Of a stretch of DNA of 64,000 bases, positions 57,243 through 64,000 are shown piece after piece; position 1 is the stretch's first letter, and each line of letters opens with the position of its first letter. Made by a program: the position numbers and the translations under genes. The stretch lies in IMG/VR virus record IMGVR_UViG_3300032236_001024, positions 64,001 through 128,000 of that record; one strand, 5' to 3'. The notes under the pieces are model-generated. The model was not told the DNA's origin. It saw only the letters and a list, made by a program, of their open reading frames with translations, and ran no database searches. The DNA comes from a virus. Lineage: Duplodnaviria > Caudoviricetes.

Positions 57243-60157
57243 TAAATTATTCTCCAACTTCCGTTATTATACAACATATGAATTCCACCATTATTGATCG
57301 TCAATATGAACCCTGAAGGATCGTTGTCTACATTTCCAGAAACAGTGATTGGGTTGTTGATGCAGTTGCCAGATTCATCTTTTATTATTAAGTTTCTTCC
57401 TGAAGTTGTCGATGATGGTAATGTTACAGTAACTGCACCATTTAGGTTTATACCAACATAATAGTCAGAATCAAGTATCGTATAGTTACTTGATGTTACT
57501 GTTTTCGCATTGACTACATTTGTGTTGGCCCAATATACCACCGTGCCATTTGATGAAAGAACTTGTCCTGCCTTCCCAATAGACCCATTTGCAGTGATAG
57601 TTTTTGTTGTAATATTATTTGGCACAGTAATACCAGTAGAATCAATAAAAGCAGATGTTTGAATTACATTGCTGTTTAGCGGTGTTGTTTGAAATGAAAT
57701 TCTAGTACCAGCTGCATTACTGTTAAAATCTTGTGCAGCTTCAAAGTTTATTCTTACAATAGTACCAATAAATTGATTGGTATTATTAGTCCAACCCTGT
57801 GATGTTAAACGTAATAGTGTATCATTGTTAGCAGTAGGGAGAGGAGTATCTACTGTTCCTCTTGCTGCTCTAGTTGCAATTGATCCATACGTACCAGTAC
57901 CAAATGAGTCAATACTAATACGTGCTGGCTGACCATTTTGTGCAGTTGCCTGTAATAATGTTCCAGTAAAATTACGAGGCTGTTCATAACCGGAAGATGT
58001 GCCTACTATAGAAACTGCTGATTCTGAATTTAATATAGTATCAGGCGTATTAATAGTTATTCTACCACTTCTAGTAATTGCAAATGTTGTTTTTCCAGTA
58101 TCATAACTTTTAACAGAAATTGGTCTGTTAAATACAACATTACCCGTTGCTAGTGTTGTGCCAAATAAAATATCTCTTGCATTATTAGCAATTGCAATTT
58201 GATTATCACGAAGCGTGAATTCACCTACTTTAATACCTGCAGAACCAGTAATATAGAGAAGGTTATTTGCAGCACCAATACCTATATCAGTTCCTTTTAC
58301 TTCATCTAGAACATAGATCGTATTAGCACCAAAGTACGCACCTTTAAATCTCTTAGTTGGTGATCCAAGATATACGCCTTGATCTGTATAAGGAACAATA
58401 TCAGCATGAGGAACAATAAATCCACCAGGCCCTGGATTTAAAGTAATATCTGTATTTGCTCTTGTTGTAATTGCAAGACCAGCATTAACAATAGCTCTAA
58501 CAACATACATGTATTGTAGAGGTTGAGGCCATGCTGTTTGACTTATATCACCTATTGAAGTATTAGCAATTACAATTGCTGCATTTGCACCTGTTCCAAT
58601 CCATTTAACGCCAGAAAATACTGGAACACCTGCACCAGAAATAACATCATTTATCTCTAATACTGGATCAGGATTGGTTGTAAACTTATAAACTGTCCAT
58701 GGGTGAGGTATACCGTTCCTTAATCCATAATCACCAATATTAAGATTATCACCTACACCTGTTGATGTATCGACGATGCTATCTAATATTAAAGGCGCAA
58801 CAATAACTTCTACTGTATTTGCACCAGAAATAATTGTACCTGTAGGAATGTTTACAGTTTGTACATAAGCATTGGCCCAGCTATAAGATGTATTACCTAG
58901 ATTGTAGGTGTATGTGCTATTGGGAATGATATTAGAAGGCACATGCAGCAAATCTGTTATTACCGAATGCCCAGAAGAATTCTGAATATCTCCACCTTGT
59001 GGAAGTGTAAATACTCCATTATTATCAAAACTATATGTGTTTGATCCAACATCTATATTAAGAGAATCAGATGCATGGATATGGAACCCCATAGTTCCTT
59101 CTATGTATTGTTCAGGATTAGCAGAATTAAATATAATCTTACCATGTTCTGGAAGTGTCAATACACTATCAGTTCCAAATGTCCAAAGTGAACTTGCCGA
59201 TAGAATATCAATATTAGCAGAACTTTGAATTCTAGCATTTTTACTTTCAGTATTATTTGCACTAGGTAAATTAAGTTGACCAGTGGTTGCAAGAATTACT
59301 TCATAACCATTTGCAACTAATCTATCTGGTGTGGGTGTGTTCCAATAAATTGATGATCCATTCGATGTTAGTACTTGACCATTATTACCAAACGATCCAT
59401 TAGCTTCTATTCCACCACCATCTAAAATTAAACTATCAGCATAAACATTTGCCCAATAATCAGTAGGTGAACCAATATTATAAACGCCATTAGCTCCAGG
59501 GGTTAATTGTTGATCTATATGACTAAGATCAACATTACCTTCTGCAATTTGAGAAAAAATAAATTTTTTCGTGCTATTATCATATGTGAGAAAGTGACCT
59601 TGCCTAATACTAGAACGATCAATATCATCTAGATAACGAAGATTGACTTCACCACCACCATGACTACTACCAGCAAGAGCGATCTTTCTTGATTGATCAT
59701 GTACAAGCTTGTGGAAGTCAGCCACACTCTTTTTAATAACTTCTATTTCTTTGCGAAGAGAAGCATTAATTAAATCTGCTTCTGTTTTCTTTCCATCTTC
59801 TGGAACATTAGTAGCAGATACTGCCTGTGATACAAGATTAGCTACTTCTAATACAGGAGGTTCGACTACAACTTCTTTAACGACAGGTTCTGATATCGTC
59901 TCTATATGAACAATTGGTGTCTCAACGATAATCTGTGGTGCTTTCTTGATAAACTCATCAGGAAGTTTGATTTGTTTTGGAGGTTGAATTTCTTCTTTAA
60001 TCTTTATTTCAAAGTCAGCTTTTTTTGATAAGGCTGCGCCAAAACTCTTAAGAAGACGTTCTTCTTTAAGTCTCTTTTCTTCAATCTTCTTAAGTTCTTC
60101 TTGTGCAGAAGAACCTAAAATTTTAGCAAAGTGTTCAAGAAATTTCTTTTCGTCCAT
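57242..60157 (-). CDS. Large virion structural/fibre-like protein
   Basis: Charged N-terminus, GGGEVNLRYLDDID motif, two ANGS.G..GQVL.SNG...YW motifs, and a beta-rich C-terminal domain. Confidence 0.65.
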   Translation of the reverse strand: MDEKKFLEHFAKILGSSAQEELKKIEEKRLKEERLLKSFGAALSKKADFEIKIKEEIQPPKQIKLPDEFIKKAPQIIVETPIVHIETISEPVVKEVVVEPPVLEVANLVSQAVSATNVPEDGKKTEADLINASLRKEIEVIKKSVADFHKLVHDQSRKIALAGSSHGGGEVNLRYLDDIDRSSIRQGHFLTYDNSTKKFIFSQIAEGNVDLSHIDQQLTPGANGVYNIGSPTDYWANVYADSLILDGGGIEANGSFGNNGQVLTSNGSSIYWNTPTPDRLVANGYEVILATTGQLNLPSANNTESKNARIQSSANIDILSASSLWTFGTDSVLTLPEHGKIIFNSANPEQYIEGTMGFHIHASDSLNIDVGSNTYSFDNNGVFTLPQGGDIQNSSGHSVITDLLHVPSNIIPNSTYTYNLGNTSYSWANAYVQTVNIPTGTIISGANTVEVIVAPLILDSIVDTSTGVGDNLNIGDYGLRNGIPHPWTVYKFTTNPDPVLEINDVISGAGVPVFSGVKWIGTGANAAIVIANTSIGDISQTAWPQPLQYMYVVRAIVNAGLAITTRANTDITLNPGPGGFIVPHADIVPYTDQGVYLGSPTKRFKGAYFGANTIYVLDEVKGTDIGIGAANNLLYITGSAGIKVGEFTLRDNQIAIANNARDILFGTTLATGNVVFNRPISVKSYDTGKTTFAITRSGRITINTPDTILNSESAVSIVGTSSGYEQPRNFTGTLLQATAQNGQPARISIDSFGTGTYGSIATRAARGTVDTPLPTANNDTLLRLTSQGWTNNTNQFIGTIVRINFEAAQDFNSNAAGTRISFQTTPLNSNVIQTSAFIDSTGITVPNNITTKTITANGSIGKAGQVLSSNGTVVYWANTNVVNAKTVTSSNYTILDSDYYVGINLNGAVTVTLPSSTTSGRNLIIKDESGNCINNPITVSGNVDNDPSGFILTINNGGIHMLYNNGSWRII

Positions 60158-60161
60158 ACTA

Positions 60162-60860
60162 CTACTTTAAAAATTTGGAGGTTATTTTTGTTTTGACTGT
60201 TCCTGTATTTAGGGTAACTTTCAATGCTACTCTAAGTTTGCCTTTTCCAGTACCAGCTTTGAAACCGCCACTGGTATCTAGAAAAGCTTCTTTAATATGA
60301 GTAGAATCAAATGGAATTGCGTTCATTCCAATCAATCTCTTTGTTCTCATATTGGTGCTAAATAATGAAAATTTTACGCCACCTGTTTGAACAATAGCAA
60401 AATAATCATCACCACTATCTGCCCAATGCGCTCTAATCAATTGAATAAAAAGATTGCGATCAGTTGGTGTTTTGAATTCAAAGTCTTCTTTTGGTACTCT
60501 ACCAGAAGGCACATCAATTCCATTATCACCAACAAACCCAGCATGATGATCACCTTTTATTTTTCTAAGATGATCAACATACTGTTCAAATGTATCATAT
60601 CCCTTTAGCTGTTTTATGATAATATCAACATCAGGATTTTTCTTTCCTCTTGTGATTGTTTTATCAAACACAGTAATAGAAGTGAAATCGCTAGTGCTTT
60701 TCACTTCTGCTTGCTGTAATCTATTATTTGATCTGAAAACAATATCAGGAAGATTGCTTGCTTTTCTAGCAATAGAAACTATAGGGATATCATAATTTTC
60801 TAGAATTGATGCAAAGTTAACTTGTGCTTCTGCACCTCTTTCAATACGAACTTTTGACAT
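60162..60860 (-). CDS. Putative PD-(D/E)xK nuclease-fold protein
   Basis: E...PDIVFRSNNRLQQAEVKS matches the PD-x(10)-ExK catalytic pattern. Confidence 0.5.
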   Translation of the reverse strand: MSKVRIERGAEAQVNFASILENYDIPIVSIARKASNLPDIVFRSNNRLQQAEVKSTSDFTSITVFDKTITRGKKNPDVDIIIKQLKGYDTFEQYVDHLRKIKGDHHAGFVGDNGIDVPSGRVPKEDFEFKTPTDRNLFIQLIRAHWADSGDDYFAIVQTGGVKFSLFSTNMRTKRLIGMNAIPFDSTHIKEAFLDTSGGFKAGTGKGKLRVALKVTLNTGTVKTKITSKFLK

Positions 60861-60887
60861 ATGTAAATCCTAAATAACATCTATTAT

Positions 60888-61454
60888 TTAGGCAATCATG
60901 TCGTAAAGTTCTTTCCAGTTTTTGACCAGAGGAATACCTTTATGGTTCATGTTATGCCCATGTTCCATAAGAATAGGGTTAAGACCATATTGTTTTCCAA
61001 CTTCTGCATTTTCAATCTTGTCTTCAATCCAATACAGTTCCTTATCCTTATACTTTGCAAGTGCATCATGCTTATCAGCACCAGTATCTAGATAAGTAAA
61101 TCCATCAAAAACAGTCTCACCAAAAATCTTTTGAAGATTTTGTGTCCGTAATTGACATGCAGATGGATCAAGACTAAGAGAAGTGATTACATGGAATACA
61201 TATCCATGCTCACGATGAAGCTTCTGAACATATTCAATAGCATCACGAAGAGGAGGAAGGAAACCAATCATGGCTGATTCATTAAAATCACGAATCAAAT
61301 CCTTAGCACGTTCAGTACTAATCTCATATTGAACACCAATGCTATAAAAAGTTCCTTTGTTTAAATTCTTATAGCCTTTACGTTCCATCCATACATTAAA
61401 AGCATATTCCCAATTGAGAAGTACACCATCACAATCCGTCAAAATTAGAGTCAT
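60888..61454 (-). CDS. HAD-superfamily phosphatase / nucleotidase-like (T4 30.2-like)
   Basis: ILTDCDGVLL motif I, ITS motif II, WIEDK.EN motif IV. Confidence 0.8.
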   Translation of the reverse strand: MTLILTDCDGVLLNWEYAFNVWMERKGYKNLNKGTFYSIGVQYEISTERAKDLIRDFNESAMIGFLPPLRDAIEYVQKLHREHGYVFHVITSLSLDPSACQLRTQNLQKIFGETVFDGFTYLDTGADKHDALAKYKDKELYWIEDKIENAEVGKQYGLNPILMEHGHNMNHKGIPLVKNWKELYDMIA

Positions 61455-61464
61455 AATAAACCTT

Positions 61465-61959
61465 TCACTCTTGAATTACACCTTCGTTTATTTTACGATC
61501 TTGAGCCCATTGAACAACCAAACCTATTGCTCTACCATGTGCTTCTATTTCCCATGGCTGATCCCAATACGTAACTTTAGTAGTGTCTACTTTCTTTTTG
61601 TTGTAGACATATACTTTATTATTCTTCATTGTCTGATAATATTCGCCTTTTGCCCACTGCTTGACATGCACCAATTCATGGGCAAAACAATCCACCATGA
61701 CATGAAGCTTTTGATCTGGGTCTATATCTATGGTAAAAACTTTTGGTCTGAAATGAGTATCTTCCCATATACAACAGCCAAATATTTTTTCTTCTTTAAA
61801 CATATTTTTTTTAAAAACAACAGTTATGTTGAGTTTCTTTTGCATAGATTTGGTGAAAAATTTATCAAGAATATATCCACCAAAATCTTTGAAATATTCA
61901 AGCACTAATGGCGAAACATGTTTTTGATTTTTAAATTTGATCATAATAAAATGTCCCAT
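61465..61959 (-). CDS. Putative zinc metallopeptidase
   Basis: AHELVHVKQW (HExxH) and downstream PWEIEA motif. Confidence 0.75.
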   Translation of the reverse strand: MGHFIMIKFKNQKHVSPLVLEYFKDFGGYILDKFFTKSMQKKLNITVVFKKNMFKEEKIFGCCIWEDTHFRPKVFTIDIDPDQKLHVMVDCFAHELVHVKQWAKGEYYQTMKNNKVYVYNKKKVDTTKVTYWDQPWEIEAHGRAIGLVVQWAQDRKINEGVIQE

Positions 61960-61965
61960 TTCAAC

Positions 61966-61977
61966 TATTTATAAATA
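61966..61977. promoter_or_regulatory. Palindromic back-to-back T4 late promoters
   Basis: TATTTATAAATA reads TATAAATA on both strands, between divergent genes starting at 61959 (-) and 62001 (+). Confidence 0.65.
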
Positions 61978-62000
61978 CCATAAACAATGGAGAATGTCAA

Positions 62001-62288
62001 GTGGATGTAGGTTCTATTTTCAAATTCATATCAGATGTAGGATTTCCAATAGCCGCAGCATGTGCTGGTGGTTATTTTGTTTTTCTGACCATGAAATTTA
62101 TTCTTGCTGGTGTGACCAGTTCAGTTAATGGATTAAAAGGAATAATTATAGCATTAGATAATCGTGTGAAGACAATGAACCATGACGTTATTCGCATTGA
62201 CACTCTTGTAAGTAATGCACTTGGTGTTAAGCCAGATGTTGATAGAATTGCCAGAGCAGACGGCAAAAATGATGCTAGAAGAGATTAA
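62001..62288 (+). CDS. Small membrane protein with GFP(I/L) motif (YvrJ-like; paralog of 63255)
   Basis: ISDVGFPIAA TM helix followed by a coiled coil. Confidence 0.6.
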   Translation: MDVGSIFKFISDVGFPIAAACAGGYFVFLTMKFILAGVTSSVNGLKGIIIALDNRVKTMNHDVIRIDTLVSNALGVKPDVDRIARADGKNDARRD

Positions 62289-62300
62289 TAGGAGAAAAAC

Positions 62301-62834
62301 ATGGCAGAAGTAAAACCATTATCAAGAAGTGAACGTGAAGCACAAATCAAAGATAAGGCTGGGTGGGTCATCACAGTTGTCGCTGCATTACTTGCATTCA
62401 ATACATACATCGCAAATGGTTTGAGTGGAACAGTTCTTACTAATACAATCAAGGCTAATGATACTTGGTCTTTCTATCAAGCTAAGTCAATCAAGCAGAC
62501 TATGAATGAAATGGCTGCGGATGAAGCAGAATCTCGTGGTGATAAAGCAAAGGCTGAAAAGTATCGTGCAACTGCTATTAGATATGAATCAGAACCTTCT
62601 ACTGGTGAAGGAAAGAAGGAATTGATGGCTAAGGCAATACAACTTGAAGCTGATCGTGATGCAGCAAAGAAAAGAAGTCCATGGTTAACTTTTTCTGGTA
62701 CTGCCTATCAATTAGGTATTGTGCTTCTTTCTGCATCAATTCTTGCTGTAAGTATGCCATTGTTTTGGGGTAGTATTGCTGCCAGTGCTGTAGGTGCATT
62801 ACTAATGAGTCAAGGTATATGGATGTTTTTTTAA
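62301..62834 (+). CDS. DUF4337-like membrane protein
   Basis: N- and C-terminal TM segments around an ANDTWSFYQAKSIKQ coiled-coil motif. Confidence 0.65.
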   Translation: MAEVKPLSRSEREAQIKDKAGWVITVVAALLAFNTYIANGLSGTVLTNTIKANDTWSFYQAKSIKQTMNEMAADEAESRGDKAKAEKYRATAIRYESEPSTGEGKKELMAKAIQLEADRDAAKKRSPWLTFSGTAYQLGIVLLSASILAVSMPLFWGSIAASAVGALLMSQGIWMFF

Positions 62835-62850
62835 TTAAGAGGAGTCGATA

Positions 62851-63165
62851 ATGATAAAGAAATTGGAAAATAATTCAAAATTTAATAAATTTGATATGGA
62901 TGGAGATGGTGTAGTGTCTGATGCGGAAATGAAAAAAGCTGAAGAGATGATGGAGTTTGAAAATAAGGATGCTAAAGAAGATCAATTGAGAAAGATGGCA
63001 TGGACTGCTATGATTAGTATGGTTCTTTTTACATTCTTTCTTTTCTTACCTTATGTTTCAATAGAAAGAATTGCTGCATTGGCTAGTGTTCTTCAGATGT
63101 TTTATATCGCACAGGCTGGTGTTGTTGCAACATTCTTTGGTGCTACTGCTTATGTGAGTAAATAA
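62851..63165 (+). CDS. Membrane protein with EF-hand-like loop
   Basis: FDMDGDGVVSDAE loop and two C-terminal TM helices. Confidence 0.6.
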   Translation: MIKKLENNSKFNKFDMDGDGVVSDAEMKKAEEMMEFENKDAKEDQLRKMAWTAMISMVLFTFFLFLPYVSIERIAALASVLQMFYIAQAGVVATFFGATAYVSK

Positions 63166-63166
63166 A

Positions 63167-63268
63167 ATGAATTTAGAAAAATTTGAAACATATGCAGTTT
63201 ATTGTTTTGTAGTTATAGCTATTGTCCTAGTAACATTTGTTGGATGGGATATGATTGCAAATGGATAA
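63167..63268 (+). CDS. 33-aa single-TM peptide (not in ORF track)
   Basis: MNLEKFETYAVYCFVVIAIVLVTFVGWDMIANG fills the gap between two genes. Confidence 0.4.
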   Translation: MNLEKFETYAVYCFVVIAIVLVTFVGWDMIANG

Positions 63269-63704
63269 TCTAGCAGACCTAATCAATAAATTTGGTTTTC
63301 CTTTAGTAGCCGCAGCTGGACTTGGATACTTCGTATACTTTGTTTGGCAGTGGGCTACTGTTGAAATTAAACCAGTTCTTTCAGAAGCATCAACAGTTCT
63401 TATTGCTCTTATTGATCGTATACGTATGCTTGATAACGATTTGATTCGCCTCAATCAAAAGATTAATATAGTTCTTCAATTGAGAGGAAAAGAGATTGAA
63501 TCAGAACGTCATCTTCATGATGTTGAAACAGCAGCCAAGGCTCAACAGCGTGAACTAGAAGCAGCTGATAAACAAGTAAGAGCGGCTGAGGAATTAGCAT
63601 CTAAGCATCATGGCAGTACTATCGAAATAGATCATATTACCATAAAGAACCCAGAGCATGATGCCACCAAGCAACCAGACAAAGAAGATAAGAAAGTAAA
63701 TTAA
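63255..63704 (+). CDS. Membrane protein with GFP(I/L) motif (paralog of 62001)
   Basis: INKFGFPLVAA TM helix; IALIDRIRMLDNDLIRL aligns with IALDNRVKTMNHDVIRI of 62001. Confidence 0.6.
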   Translation: MQMDNLADLINKFGFPLVAAAGLGYFVYFVWQWATVEIKPVLSEASTVLIALIDRIRMLDNDLIRLNQKINIVLQLRGKEIESERHLHDVETAAKAQQRELEAADKQVRAAEELASKHHGSTIEIDHITIKNPEHDATKQPDKEDKKVN

Positions 63705-63706
63705 TT

Positions 63707-64000
63707 TCAATCAAATTTGATTTCTATAACACCAGTAAATTTACCTTCTGGTGGTGGCAATGTAGATATAGAATTAATAATTTTTTCTGCTGTACTGTTT
63801 AGTTTTTGATTAGTAGAGTTGACTATCCAAGTTGACTCTACTTTCCCTTTTAATCCTATTAAGAAACCAATCTTTACGTTTCCTTTTAAACCATCTGGTG
63901 GACGTTTTTTATTCTTTTCAATCATTTTTTTGACATTTGCTCCATATGAAACATTGGTCATACCACCACCTTGAACACCAAAATCAACACCAGCAAGTTT
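63707..64000 (-). CDS. TonB C-terminal-domain-like protein, 5'-partial
   Basis: Frame is open to the window end. G.V.I.F.I...G.V....IV.S....L...A..II....PPP pattern of TonB/TolA C-terminal domains. Confidence 0.55.
   Translation of the reverse strand, partial: KLAGVDFGVQGGGMTNVSYGANVKKMIEKNKKRPPDGLKGNVKIGFLIGLKGKVESTWIVNSTNQKLNSTAEKIINSISTLPPPEGKFTGVIEIKFD

Noticed and set aside
1-64000. Stop-codon reassignment or programmed frameshifts
   Set aside because: Recognisable genes (nrdA, nrdB, primase, rnh, dps) are full length under the standard code and end in ordinary stops. No split gene was evident.

Overview
This is a 64-kb segment of a large T4-like (myovirus-type) phage genome. The host is probably Gram-negative, possibly an alphaproteobacterium (inferred from a spanin pair, a twin-arginine-like signal peptide and sigma70-type early promoters). 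Positions 1-~34.5 kb hold an AT-rich, late-promoter-driven fibre/adhesin cluster: very large Gly-X-Y (GYTGSx) repeat proteins, two HxH tail-collar/needle proteins, a fibre chaperone, two multi-LamG lectin arrays (11 domains) and two Gly-rich adhesins. From 34.5 to 41.4 kb come a modular head-polyprotein candidate, Dps, an L-domain-like LRR protein and spanins. The replication and nucleotide-metabolism block follows (primase, nrdA, nrdB, GIY-YIG nuclease, glutaredoxin, glycosyltransferase, RNase H). A more GC-rich early region (50.5-54.1 kb) is built from terminator-promoter-small ORF cassettes and includes a 38-aa ArfA-like peptide. The window ends with a membrane-protein cluster and a partial TonB-C-terminal-like gene. 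I saw no rRNA, tRNA, CRISPR array, intron or transposon. All family assignments come from recalled motifs, not database searches.
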